Shown: positions 1-8,749 of the stretch, piece after piece
How positions within the stretch are numbered: position 1 is the stretch's first letter
Layout of the letters: the number at the start of each line of letters is the position of its first letter
Virus record (IMG/VR): IMGVR_UViG_3300042471_000698
DNA length: 39,699 bases
Reading direction: 5' to 3' (one strand)
Origin: a virus
Translations under genes and position numbers: made by a program
The notes under the pieces: model-generated
The model's input: only the letters and a program-made list of their open reading frames with translations
Told to the model about the DNA's origin: nothing
Database searches by the model: none

Positions 1-127
1 CCGCGCGCCACGTCGCGCGCCTGATCGCGCTCCACTGTGCGCTGAGCGACGACCTGCCGGGCGCTGTCCAGATCGCGCTGCAGGCCGCCCACGCGCGCCT
101 TGGCTGCCCAGCCCGATCCCCAGCCCC
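1..127. repeat. Terminal direct repeat copy A (exact 127 bp, identical to 39573..39699); circular-contig closure overlap
   Basis: Bases 1-127 (ccgcgcgccacgtcgcgcgcctgatcgcg...gcccgatccccagcccc) match the last 127 bases of the window base for base. Confidence 0.95.
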
Positions 128-323
128 AGATCGCGAGCCCCGACACTGCGACCAGCGCCGTGGTCGTCAGCACACGGCCAAATCGGCTGTCATGAGAGGC
201 TAGCTCCAAGCGCTCATCCGGGCGCAGATCGCGAATTGCCGACAGGTCGCGCAGTGTGTTTCGACGGCTCCAGATGGACCAAAGCGTCAGCGGCCAGCGC
301 AGGAGGGCCAGCGCGTTAAGCAT
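1..323 (-). CDS. 5' part of a junction-spanning CDS (ATG 323, continues across the circular junction to the stop at 39233; ~220 aa): candidate i-spanin / membrane-anchored coiled-coil lysis protein
   Basis: Hand translation upstream of track ORF 39233..39664 stays open through 1-323 to the ATG at 321-323, which overlaps the stop of 316..780 (ATGCTTAA). Hydrophobic segment VLTTTALVAVSGLAIWGWGSGW, then an Arg/Gln/Glu-rich helical region and a Pro-rich C-terminus. An internal GTG at 173 is an alternative start that would put the TM segment at the N-terminus. Confidence 0.6.
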   Translation of the reverse strand, partial: MLNALALLRWPLTLWSIWSRRNTLRDLSAIRDLRPDERLELASHDSRFGRVLTTTALVAVSGLAIWGWGSGWAAKARVGGLQRDLDSARQVVAQRTVERDQARDVAR

Positions 324-780
324 CGCGCTCGTCCCAGCGGCGCTTGATTGCGGGCCACGTGGCTGAGATCACGACCGCGGCGCCGAAAATAACGAACACG
401 AACGGCTGCCACGCGTCGCGCGCCGCCCACATGGCCAGCAGGCCGATCAACGCAATAAGCGCGGCGCTCACGCGACTGGCCCAATTGTGGATGCGCTTTG
501 CGGCGTCCAGTATCTGCGGAACAAGCTCTTCGCGCACGTCGTCCTCCACATCCGCCAATATTTCCTCAATCGTCTCGCTCGCCGAATAGCGCTCGCCGAA
601 CAGGATCGACCACGCTGTCACTACAGACGGCGCCCAGACTGGCAGGCCGCGCATGATCACCCAAACCGCCAACACGACCGCCACGACAGTCCAGGCGCCG
701 ACGACGCTACCCAGCACCCAGACCACGGCGCCGACAAGCCAGCAGCTGGCAACCACATCTGCAGCGCGTTCGGACGTCAT
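316..780 (-). CDS. Membrane protein with about 4 TM segments (holin / lysis-associated candidate)
   Basis: Track ORF 316..792. The ATG at 780 overlaps the upstream stop (ATGA). Hydrophobic stretches include WLVGAVVWVLGSVVGAWTVVAVVLAVWVI, AALIALIGLLAMWAA and FVFVIFGAAVVISATW. Lies directly upstream of the spanin-like pair. Confidence 0.7.
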   Translation of the reverse strand: MTSERAADVVASCWLVGAVVWVLGSVVGAWTVVAVVLAVWVIMRGLPVWAPSVVTAWSILFGERYSASETIEEILADVEDDVREELVPQILDAAKRIHNWASRVSAALIALIGLLAMWAARDAWQPFVFVIFGAAVVISATWPAIKRRWDERDA

Positions 781-1328
781 GACGTTAGCCACTCCTGATG
801 TGCGCTCAAAAGCGTGTGCTCTGCCGCTTGCTCACCCGTCGCGAGCCCCATCTGCAGCAGATGCGTCAGCTCCACCCAGCGGCCCGCCAAGCGTGCGCGG
901 GTGACTTCCGGCGCTTCGTCAGGAAGGACCAGCGGCGCAAGCGCTTCGGGAACCACTGTAGCTTCCGGCTCCGGTTCCGGCGCAGGTTCTGGCGCCGGCG
1001 CGGGCTCGGGATCCGGCTCCACCATGTCGCGCACAATATCGCGGATCATAGCCTGCAGATCCTCGACCGTCATGACTTCGGGCAGCGGCTCGGGTGCCGC
1101 CTCAACCGCTGGCGCTGGCGCAGGCTCCGGCTTGACGACGGGCGCAGGCTCGGGCCGCGTGCCGCTACCGGCGAGCGCTTTGAGATCATGCGCGAGCGAA
1201 ACAGGATCGGCGCGCGTGCCTGCATGGCTGACGCCAGCGTAAGACCCGGCGACGACCCAATAAGACCCGGCGTCTTCGACGCGGAGGTCGTCCCAGTCCC
1301 AAAGGATTGATGCGACTTGCTCGTGCAT
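777..1328 (-). CDS. Hypothetical protein with two Pro/Glu/Ala-rich (PEPAP) linkers
   Basis: Track ORF 777..1544 trimmed to the ATG at 1328, 4 nt after the stop of the upstream fibre gene; the longer version would overlap that gene by 200 nt. Function unknown (fibre-associated or lysis-associated by position only). Confidence 0.6.
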   Translation of the reverse strand: MHEQVASILWDWDDLRVEDAGSYWVVAGSYAGVSHAGTRADPVSLAHDLKALAGSGTRPEPAPVVKPEPAPAPAVEAAPEPLPEVMTVEDLQAMIRDIVRDMVEPDPEPAPAPEPAPEPEPEATVVPEALAPLVLPDEAPEVTRARLAGRWVELTHLLQMGLATGEQAAEHTLLSAHQEWLTS

Positions 1329-1332
1329 GGGC

Positions 1333-2655
1333 TTAACTCGTGGCTGGAATGAGCTGGATGTAGTGCGCGGTGATGCGGATCGCGCCCGCCGTGAACGTCC
1401 CGGCGTCTGGCGTAAGGACGACGCTCGTATCGGTTCCGTAATATTTCGGCGCGGTGATGGTGAAGTTGGCGACGCCGGTCGTAGACCCGACTGTGAATGC
1501 GGTGATGTTATTGCCGAACGCATCCGCATCGGTGCCATCGCCAATGTCGAAATTTACTCCACCGCCGCCCAGCGTGATCTGCGTGATAATCCGCGTCGTC
1601 ACGCCCAGTAGCAGAGAGCCTGCCGGAATGAGGCTGGTCGCCGTCGCCGTCGCGCCGCTCAAGCCCGTCAGGGTCTGCGTCGCGTGCGCGAGTACATTGC
1701 CCTGACCGTTTGTCGGGTTAAGCGTCGAGACGGTCTGGAAAGTCACCAGATCAGCCGTGCCAAGGCCCAGAGTTGTGCGCTGCGCGGCCACGGAGGCGTC
1801 GTCAATGAGGTTGCGGCCTGCCGCAGTCAGTCCAGTCGTCGCAAACGTATCGACGCCGGTCGAGTAGACCAGTTGATCCGCCGCCGTCGTCACGGCGCTG
1901 ATGCCGGCCAGCGTTGCATCAAGGGCGATCGTCGGGTCGCCGCTGACGCCGTCGCCATTGGTCACTGACAGACCCGTGGACACCGCGACCGACCGCGTGG
2001 CCGCCGTGCCTGCGCCAGTGCGGACGATGAGGCCCGTCGTCGCGAGCCCTGCAACGGCTGACAGATCGGCGTCGAACGCCTGCACGTCAGTGCCAATCAC
2101 GACGCCAAGCGTTGCCCGTCCGGCGGTCGCGTCGGCATCGTTGATGAGCGACAAGCCAAACGCGCTAAAAGCCGGGCTGTCCTCATCAAGGCGATACCAG
2201 GCATTGCCAAGCAGATTGTACTTGAACCGAAACGATCCGTACTGGCTCACCGTGCTTGGCGCGCCAATTACGGTCGCGCCGTTGCCGCCGATCGTCAGTG
2301 CGGTAATAGCCTGCGTGCAGGCGATAATGATCTCCTGGTTGTCCGCGAGGCTCGCCTGCGGCGGGAAGGTGATCGTGCCAGCCGCAAAAGCGCCGGTCGG
2401 GCTCAGCACCAGCCATTGATTGTTCGCGTTCGACGGCATCGTGACGGTAAAGCCCGTCGCGACCGGCGAGGCGTACTGCACCACAAACTGACTGACCCCC
2501 GTCCCCGTGCTCGGGAACGTCAGGTTGTTCTGCATGTAGCTCTGCAACGTGGTGAGACTTGCCTTACGCGCATCGCCCTGCGCGGTCGCAAACACGGGCA
2601 GCAGATCGCCAGCGGTCAGGGTGTCAATGGCGCTCAGTTGGTTGATTGTGGTCAT
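1333..2655 (-). CDS. Tail fibre-like protein (440 aa)
   Basis: N-terminus TINQLSAIDTLTAGDLLPVFATAQGDARKASLTTLQSYM resembles the conserved N-terminal anchor motif of many phage fibre/spike proteins. The body is Gly/Thr/Ala-rich beta-type sequence. Immediately follows the gp4-like gene. Confidence 0.65.
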   Translation of the reverse strand: MTTINQLSAIDTLTAGDLLPVFATAQGDARKASLTTLQSYMQNNLTFPSTGTGVSQFVVQYASPVATGFTVTMPSNANNQWLVLSPTGAFAAGTITFPPQASLADNQEIIIACTQAITALTIGGNGATVIGAPSTVSQYGSFRFKYNLLGNAWYRLDEDSPAFSAFGLSLINDADATAGRATLGVVIGTDVQAFDADLSAVAGLATTGLIVRTGAGTAATRSVAVSTGLSVTNGDGVSGDPTIALDATLAGISAVTTAADQLVYSTGVDTFATTGLTAAGRNLIDDASVAAQRTTLGLGTADLVTFQTVSTLNPTNGQGNVLAHATQTLTGLSGATATATSLIPAGSLLLGVTTRIITQITLGGGGVNFDIGDGTDADAFGNNITAFTVGSTTGVANFTITAPKYYGTDTSVVLTPDAGTFTAGAIRITAHYIQLIPATS

Positions 2656-2657
2656 GA

Positions 2658-3143
2658 CTATTCCAGTTCAATCTTACCGTCAGTGCCAGCATCAAGAGGC
2701 GGCGCGCGCTCCAGCAGGTACGGATCGCCGTCATAGCGCCAGTACTTGCTGCCAGCGCCCGCCGGGATCGACATGCGGTCCAGATCCATCTCGGGTATCT
2801 CGCTCGCCCAGCGCAGCAGCGCGTTATAGGCGCGCCTGGCACTGGCCTTGGTGTCAGGGCTCACGGTCTTCCCGAACAGCGGCGCAATCCGCACGGCGAG
2901 ATTGCCCACGATGGCCTCGACCGCCGCGTCAGGCACGCCGGTTGATGCGTCTAGATCGCTCGTGCCTGGCGAGCTGGGGAGCGGGTAGCCGATCCTGATC
3001 CCCTGCGCGTTCCACGTCGCCATCATCGTATCAAGCCGCCGCAACGCCGCCTGCAGCTGTTCCGGCTGCAGGTCGAAAGCGTAGCCTGCGAGGCCGATCT
3101 CCTCGAAAGCATTCTCGACGATCTGGCGCTTGGTCCAGGCCAT
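2658..3143 (-). CDS. P22 gp4-like head-to-tail adaptor (tail accessory factor)
   Basis: 161 aa. Segments IVENAFEEIGL..., LRRLDTMMATWNAQGIRIGY and GNLAVRIAPLFG parallel P22 gp4 (LRKLGV..., LEAMMAEWYQDGKGIITGY, HNLACRIAP), as recalled. Confidence 0.75.
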   Translation of the reverse strand: MAWTKRQIVENAFEEIGLAGYAFDLQPEQLQAALRRLDTMMATWNAQGIRIGYPLPSSPGTSDLDASTGVPDAAVEAIVGNLAVRIAPLFGKTVSPDTKASARRAYNALLRWASEIPEMDLDRMSIPAGAGSKYWRYDGDPYLLERAPPLDAGTDGKIELE

Positions 3144-3472
3144 CAGCCCGCCTCAAGCGCAGCTGTGATCTTGGCGAGCAGGGTTTTGTCGCTCCAGCGC
3201 CCATCCACCTCGATGCCAAGTTCGGCAGCCTTTTCCTCCATCTCCGCGCGGGTCGGCGGTGCATTGTCGTCAGGCTCGGGCGCTGCAACAGGCTTGGGCG
3301 CAGGCGCGGGCGCATGCAGTGCGGCATAAGCCGCCGGCAGCGTGGGGTGCCAGCCAGACGCCAGCGCGGCATCAAGCGCTTCCTGCGTCTCAACGCCCAG
3401 GCTATCCCACGACCCATGCGGCCCGGCGAGCGGACCCGGCGAGCGGTACACAATAGTCGGAAGGTCGCTCAT
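3143..3472 (-). CDS. Hypothetical protein with Pro/Ala linker and C-terminal HeH/SAP-like motif
   Basis: Track ORF, 109 aa. The C-terminus [28 protein letters not shown] is a common phage helix-extension-helix type motif. The stop overlaps the gp4-like start (TGATG). Confidence 0.7.
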   Translation of the reverse strand: MSDLPTIVYRSPGPLAGPHGSWDSLGVETQEALDAALASGWHPTLPAAYAALHAPAPAPKPVAAPEPDDNAPPTRAEMEEKAAELGIEVDGRWSDKTLLAKITAALEAG

Positions 3473-3612
3473 TTCTTCTTCGCCTTGGCTTTGGCTTTGC
3501 GGGCGGTGCTCAGCGCGATCGCGACCGCTTGCTTCTGCGGCTTGCCGGACTTCATTTCGGTCTTGATGTTGCTTGAGACGGTCTTCTTGCTGTAGCCCTT
3601 CTTGAGCGGCAT
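3469..3612 (-). CDS. Small lysine-rich protein, 47 aa (not in ORF track)
   Basis: Hand translation gives [47 protein letters not shown]. The stop overlaps the next ATG (ATGA at 3469-3472). The [12 protein letters not shown] core resembles a widespread small phage/bacterial protein family (from memory). Confidence 0.7.
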   Translation of the reverse strand: MPLKKGYSKKTVSSNIKTEMKSGKPQKQAVAIALSTARKAKAKAKKK

Positions 3613-3623
3613 CAGTGCCCCCT

Positions 3624-3654
3624 AAAAGCTTGGGGCGGGCTCATCACCCGCCCC
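3624..3654 (-). terminator. Candidate (partial) rho-independent terminator after the coat and post-coat genes
   Basis: Minus strand reads GGGGCGGG-TGATGAG-CCCGCCCC (8-bp GC stem, 3632-3654) followed by AAGCTTTTA. The U-run is short and offset, so probably leaky. Confidence 0.45.
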
Positions 3655-3661
3655 GTTGCTA

Positions 3662-4561
3662 TTACCGATCTGCGGCGAAGCCGATCCAGTCGACGGTCAT
3701 AGACCGGGCGGCTCCGGTGCCGTTCTGCACCATCATCGACAGACGCAACTCGGTCGAGGGCAGGTTCGTGAGAACCGTGGCCTCGCCAAGGATCCGCCTG
3801 TTCTGCGTATAGAACAGCCGCGCGCCATCGTAATAGACGCCCACGTTGACGAACGTATCGTTCGCCATCGTGATGCCGGTCGTGACGACGGTCTCAGTCG
3901 AGGAGTTCTCAATCACGAGATCCAGCGCCGTCGCGGTCGTCAGTCGGCGGAAGTAGACCCCCGCAGCAACGCCGCCTTCCGGGTCGGTGTCCGTGACGTA
4001 GAGACCCAGCAGGGTATCCGCGAGCACGTTATCGACCTTGAAACGCGCGTCGAACCACACCCGCTTTCCGGCCTGGAACGCCACGCTCTCGCCGTTGGTC
4101 GCGCCCAACTGGAAGCAGTTGCGGTCGTTGTCCGCCGCAGCGTTGGTCACAAGCAACTGACCGCCAACCGCGTCGGTGAGAACGCGCGTGCCAGAGCCGA
4201 CTTCGGTGACGGTCCATTCAGTCGGAACGTAGGTCAGGAAGTCGGTCTCGTACTTCAGGATCGACACATCAGTGAGTGGCGACTTGAAGTTGATCGCGCT
4301 GACCGGAGCCACGGCGACGTTGTAGAACACCTTGTCCGCGCCGCTCTCAATGCGGATGACCGCGCCGCCCGTGAACGGCCCGAAAACCTGCTCTTGGTCC
4401 GCAAGCTCAGCCAGCAGGCTCCAGCTGTTGGGATAGTTGGGATATCCCGCTTGCCGGTAGACTTTGGCAAAGCCCTCGCCGCCGACTTGCACCGCGATTG
4501 ATTGCGTCGCCGTCAGGGTGATATCGTCTGTCGCGTAAGGCGACACATAAAGCTGTCCCAT
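3662..4561 (-). CDS. Structural protein downstream of coat (possible capsid decoration protein; jelly-roll/ConA-like C-terminal half suspected)
   Basis: Track ORF, 299 aa. Good SD (AAGGAGA) 7 nt upstream of the ATG at 4561. Beta-rich sequence. The function call is positional only. Confidence 0.5.
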   Translation of the reverse strand: MGQLYVSPYATDDITLTATQSIAVQVGGEGFAKVYRQAGYPNYPNSWSLLAELADQEQVFGPFTGGAVIRIESGADKVFYNVAVAPVSAINFKSPLTDVSILKYETDFLTYVPTEWTVTEVGSGTRVLTDAVGGQLLVTNAAADNDRNCFQLGATNGESVAFQAGKRVWFDARFKVDNVLADTLLGLYVTDTDPEGGVAAGVYFRRLTTATALDLVIENSSTETVVTTGITMANDTFVNVGVYYDGARLFYTQNRRILGEATVLTNLPSTELRLSMMVQNGTGAARSMTVDWIGFAADR

Positions 4562-4576
4562 TGGTGTGTCTCCTTA

Positions 4577-5845
4577 TCAGCCGTTGAACAGCAACACGCC
4601 GGCCATTTCGGGCTGTTTCATGTTGACGCCGAAAAGCGTGTCGATGCGATAGCGCGTCCGCATCGTGTTGATATCGTATTGTTTTTGCATCACAAGTTCG
4701 ATGCCTTGGTCTGTGCTGCCGCGCATGACGGCTGCGCCAGCGTCAGACGGCACCGCGTAGCGGCCCGGCAGAAGCTCGATGGAGTCGCGATGCCAGAAAC
4801 AGTTGATCGGGCGTGTCGCCGAATTGCGGAACACGATGCCCGCCGTGGCCGACTTCGCCGTCACCACGCAGTTTTGGTACTGCGCGCTGGCGTCGTTGGC
4901 GACTTGGTTGGAGATGATCGGCGGGCTAATCGTGACCTGCGTGGAGCTATCCACGGAGATGACGCGGAAGGTTTTCAGCTGCCCGGTGTCCTGCTTGGTG
5001 ATCGCATGCACCGCGTTGACGTTCGCGATGGTGAACGCATCACCTGCGCGCACGTTGGTCGTCGAGTCCAAGGTCACGCGCTGATAGCGGTTATCGACGT
5101 TCGACGTTTCGCCGGTTGAAGCAACCGTGACCGCCTTCGGGATGTAGTAGTTGCCGGCGGCGTCGAGCGTCGAGATGGTGCGGCCCGCTTCGGTGTTTGC
5201 CGTAATGCGGAGCGCGTAGTCCATTTTGTACGTGTCGAAGCCAGCGACCATGCCGACCTGGCTGCGCTCGTAAGCGCTGTCCGACTTGGCGTTGCCAAAG
5301 CTGCGGGTGACTGCCGCGAGGTTCGACGCCATGCCGTTGTAGTCGCGGGTGGACAAAGCCAGATACCGGCTGTCCATTGCCACGCCGATTTCGTTCATGA
5401 TCGCGTCGCACTGGGCCACGTCGTCATACTTGCCGGCGGCGGCGTTGATTGGCACGACCAGCGTACCCTGGTTGCTTGCGACCGTGAGCACCGCGACGTT
5501 GATGTCGCTCGCAAGCTTCTGCTTGGCGCTGTCGCCAAGACGGCCCTCTTGCAGCGCGTCGCGCAGCTCGGTGGCGGTCATGATCCACGGGACCGACTTC
5601 TGGTAGCCGATCGTCGCGGGAACCGACAATTGCGTCTGGTCCTTGAAGTTGCTCGTCATGTCCGTCCCATTGTAGGACGTGACGATGTACGGCATAGGGC
5701 GCCAGATCACATTGTTCGTGCGCTCCATCATGGTCTGGTCGGTCTGATAGATCGACACATTGCGCGAGAGCACGAGCGCGTCGTTGAAACCCTCAAGGAG
5801 GGATTCGAACGCGACCCGCTCTTCTTTCGAGAAGGCGTTGGCCAT
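4577..5845 (-). CDS. Major capsid protein, P22 coat-like
   Basis: 422 aa. TNNVIWRPMP and VDNRYQRVTLDSTTNVRAGDAFTIANV parallel P22 gp5 SSNTIWMPVE and [27 protein letters not shown]. Position scaffold-coat. Confidence 0.85.
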   Translation of the reverse strand: MANAFSKEERVAFESLLEGFNDALVLSRNVSIYQTDQTMMERTNNVIWRPMPYIVTSYNGTDMTSNFKDQTQLSVPATIGYQKSVPWIMTATELRDALQEGRLGDSAKQKLASDINVAVLTVASNQGTLVVPINAAAGKYDDVAQCDAIMNEIGVAMDSRYLALSTRDYNGMASNLAAVTRSFGNAKSDSAYERSQVGMVAGFDTYKMDYALRITANTEAGRTISTLDAAGNYYIPKAVTVASTGETSNVDNRYQRVTLDSTTNVRAGDAFTIANVNAVHAITKQDTGQLKTFRVISVDSSTQVTISPPIISNQVANDASAQYQNCVVTAKSATAGIVFRNSATRPINCFWHRDSIELLPGRYAVPSDAGAAVMRGSTDQGIELVMQKQYDINTMRTRYRIDTLFGVNMKQPEMAGVLLFNG

Positions 5846-5848
5846 TTC

Positions 5849-6685
5849 TTACTTCCCTTTCTGTTTCAGTTGCTTGCGGTAGGCCACGACTTTGCTGTAA
5901 TCGCCCGTCCGCTCAGCTTCCGCCCTCAGGCGGTCTAGGTTGCTATCGACCGTGCCGGACTTAGGCGCAGTGCCAGTGACAGTCCGCTCGGGTTGGGTTG
6001 TGGGTTTCCGGTTCGTGACCTTCAATTCTGCCTCCAGCTTGGCGGCTCGCCATGCGAACACGACCGGGTCCTGAATGCTCGCCAGCTCCTGGGCGCGCTT
6101 GGGGTTCTTGCCCAGTGCGTAGACCAAGAGAGCCGGGTTATCGGCGCCAGCCAGGATCATGCCCTGCTGGGTGACCGACAATGTATCCGCGACCAGCGCT
6201 TCGGCATCCTCGAAATCGCGCACCTTGAGCGAGCTTCGCTTCTCGGTGTAGCCGTTTAGCTTGCCCTGCCACTGCTCGGCCTGCGCCTTCTCGGCGGCTT
6301 CGCGTGCGGCGAGGTCAGCTTCGTGCTGACGCTTCTTCTCGTACCATTGTGCAAGGTCGCGCTCATACCGCTCGGTATCATAGTCGGCGCTCTCAAGGGT
6401 CGGCTTAGGTCCAGGCGCTGGCTTGGTCTCAGCCGCCGGCTGTCCGCCCTGCACGAGCCTCTCAAGCTCGCGGATGCGCCGCTTGTCTTCGCGGCTCTGG
6501 CGTCGAAGTTCCTTCACCCACTCAGGAGCGCGCTGCTGCTCCGGTTCGGGCTCTGGATCGCCGCCAATCGTGACGACAACTTCGTCTTCCTCAACCGGAG
6601 GCGTCTCGCTCTCTTCGGTCGGAGCCTCAACCATCTCGGTCTCGGGCTCAGGAAGCTCTAGCGCTTCGTCGTCTGTATCAGCCAT
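5849..6685 (-). CDS. Scaffolding protein
   Basis: 278 aa, acidic N-terminus, charged coiled-coil middle, basic C-terminus. Lies between the portal and coat genes as in P22 gp8. Confidence 0.7.
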   Translation of the reverse strand: MADTDDEALELPEPETEMVEAPTEESETPPVEEDEVVVTIGGDPEPEPEQQRAPEWVKELRRQSREDKRRIRELERLVQGGQPAAETKPAPGPKPTLESADYDTERYERDLAQWYEKKRQHEADLAAREAAEKAQAEQWQGKLNGYTEKRSSLKVRDFEDAEALVADTLSVTQQGMILAGADNPALLVYALGKNPKRAQELASIQDPVVFAWRAAKLEAELKVTNRKPTTQPERTVTGTAPKSGTVDSNLDRLRAEAERTGDYSKVVAYRKQLKQKGK

Positions 6686-6689
6686 TACA

Positions 6690-8747
6690 CTACCTCTCGG
6701 GCGATTGCAACGGCTGCCCGGCCTGCCGTATTTTGTCGACGGCGTTTAGAACGCTGTCGCGTTGTTTGATGTCGATGCCCGCGAGCGTGTCTGCGGTCTT
6801 GGCCCGCGCTTCCTCGCTGCGCGCGAGCGCCAGTTCCGTATCTGCCTGGGCCTTCTGGGCTTTGGCCTGCGCCTCGGCAGCGAGCGACTGCGCGAGGACG
6901 GTGTTTGCGTCGGGCTGGCTCTGCAGTTGCTGCAGTTCCGCCTGCAGTTCTGCGGCTTCTTTCTCGGTCGGCTCGACCACGCCCATGCGGAGCAGCTTCT
7001 TCCTGAAGTACTTCCGCGCCTCGGTCATGCCCTCGCCTTCGAGGTTCATGAGCACCATCGAAGACAGGACTTGCAGCGTCTCGGGGTCTTGCGTCAGCGT
7101 CATCATTCCGGTCAACGCGCGCACGGTCGCAGCGCGGCGACTGGTCGACGTCGGGCCAATGCTGACCGTCACGTCGAACTTCGCGCGGCTCAGGTCATTC
7201 TCCAGCGTCACCGCGCCGGCCTCGTCAAGGATCGGGCGCGCAAGCTCGACACTGCCGACGTCGCCGGCCTCAGTCAGCGCCTTCATCCTGCGGCCAGGCT
7301 CGACGTAGATGTCGCGCGCCATTGATAGCCACACCTCGCCAGCGCGCTTCACGGCTTTGCTCATGTTCGACATGTAGATGTAGCTCTGCATGTCCAGCCG
7401 GTTCTGGATCAGCTCCACCGCCTTTCCGCTCATGCCCTGCTGCACTTCTTCCGCAGCCTCGGCAGCACCCAGAAGCTCCTTCATGTCGGCATCTGTCAGT
7501 TGCAGGAGCGCCGCCATTGCGGGCGGGATCGCAGGCGGTTTGGTGTAGCCAAGCGGTCCCTGCGGCTGCTCCGCGCCGTCGGCGTTCGTGATGGGGTTGA
7601 CCAACAAATACGGGTAATTACTGACGTTGTCGGTGCGCCAGTATTCCTGCAGACCCGCAACCTGCTCGGGAGTGAAGATCGGCTTTTCGACCGCCGTCAG
7701 CGCGCTGATCTCGCCCAGCTTGGACAATTGCATGTTCTTCAAGCGCTGCGCGTCTTTGGCGAGGCGCACATGGCCCATGCAGCGCTCGACGTTGTCGATA
7801 AACCAGCGCTTGCCGTAGACCGGGATCACCGGGATCTGGTTGCCGGGCAGCAGGCCCATGTCCTCAAGGATGCGACCGCCTGACATCAGCCACTTGTGGA
7901 CCTTGCGCCGCTTGATCCGCCGCTCGCGCACAAGCGTGTGGCCGGTGGCGAGAAGCATTGTCTCAAGCTCTAAATCGTCTTCGAAATCGCGCTCCGGGTG
8001 GCGCACCTCCTCGCCGTCAAGGCTGCGGTAAATCCGCAATCGCTCCCCAACTTCCTCAACCTTGTAGTATTCCGCGACGTAAACGACGTCCGGCGTTGCC
8101 CAGTCGAACGCGGTTTGTTTCAAGTCCTCGGGCCAGCTGGTCGGGTCATCGTCAAAGCGCTCCTTGTAAGCGTCCGGCGTCATGCTGGTCATGACGAAGC
8201 ACTGCGTGGCGTCTGCTTTGTCCTGGCGCTTGGCATCAAGGTCGAAGAAGACCGACGTGTCTGCATCGTAGATCGGCTCGATCCTTACACGCTGACGCTC
8301 GTTCTCCTCGTCCTCTTCGTCTTCATCTGTCGCGCGCAGGCGGAACGCTCCGAAGCCGCCGCCGACGGCTTCTTCAAAAGCGTTGTCATAGGCCTCCTCC
8401 GCGCTGCTGTCCTGTTCGTCGGCCCTGAACAGCTTGTCGCAGGTGTCGGCCAAGCTCTCATCCGTCGCGCCGTCCTTTGGCATGAAGTCCACGGTGATCC
8501 TGTTATTCCTGTACTCGTTGATGATCCGCATCACCGACAAATGGACCTTGTTGACCTCGAATTTCGGTTTGTTTTCGTACTGCTCTTGCAACGACCCTTC
8601 CCACTGCGCGCCGCAGATTGAATAGAACCGTCGATCCTGCACGCACTGCTGGCGCTCGTCTCTGAGCGCCGCTTGAATATCGTCAAACGTCCGCAGCGCC
8701 TCTGCGTGTATCTGCGCCTCGCGCTCGGATTTGGACAGGCGGGCCAT
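6690..8747 (-). CDS. Portal protein, P22 gp1-like, with long C-terminal coiled-coil barrel
   Basis: RRKVHKWLMSGGRILEDMGLLPGNQIPVIPVYGKRWFIDNVERCMGHVRLAKDAQRLKNM parallels P22 RRRVYKSII...[37 protein letters not shown]. The C-terminus is Ala/Gln/Glu coiled coil. Start trimmed to the ATG at 8747 (SD GAGGT; 3 nt after the terL stop). Confidence 0.9.
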   Translation of the reverse strand: MARLSKSEREAQIHAEALRTFDDIQAALRDERQQCVQDRRFYSICGAQWEGSLQEQYENKPKFEVNKVHLSVMRIINEYRNNRITVDFMPKDGATDESLADTCDKLFRADEQDSSAEEAYDNAFEEAVGGGFGAFRLRATDEDEEDEENERQRVRIEPIYDADTSVFFDLDAKRQDKADATQCFVMTSMTPDAYKERFDDDPTSWPEDLKQTAFDWATPDVVYVAEYYKVEEVGERLRIYRSLDGEEVRHPERDFEDDLELETMLLATGHTLVRERRIKRRKVHKWLMSGGRILEDMGLLPGNQIPVIPVYGKRWFIDNVERCMGHVRLAKDAQRLKNMQLSKLGEISALTAVEKPIFTPEQVAGLQEYWRTDNVSNYPYLLVNPITNADGAEQPQGPLGYTKPPAIPPAMAALLQLTDADMKELLGAAEAAEEVQQGMSGKAVELIQNRLDMQSYIYMSNMSKAVKRAGEVWLSMARDIYVEPGRRMKALTEAGDVGSVELARPILDEAGAVTLENDLSRAKFDVTVSIGPTSTSRRAATVRALTGMMTLTQDPETLQVLSSMVLMNLEGEGMTEARKYFRKKLLRMGVVEPTEKEAAELQAELQQLQSQPDANTVLAQSLAAEAQAKAQKAQADTELALARSEEARAKTADTLAGIDIKQRDSVLNAVDKIRQAGQPLQSPER

Positions 8748-8749
8748 GT

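Noticed and set aside
1-127. The terminal 127-bp repeat as a biological T7-like direct terminal repeat or cos-type end
   Set aside because: Exact identity, an odd length equal to a common maximal assembler k-mer, a gene running straight through it, and a P22/PBSX-type (headful) packaging module all favour an assembly closure artefact. This cannot be fully excluded without reads.
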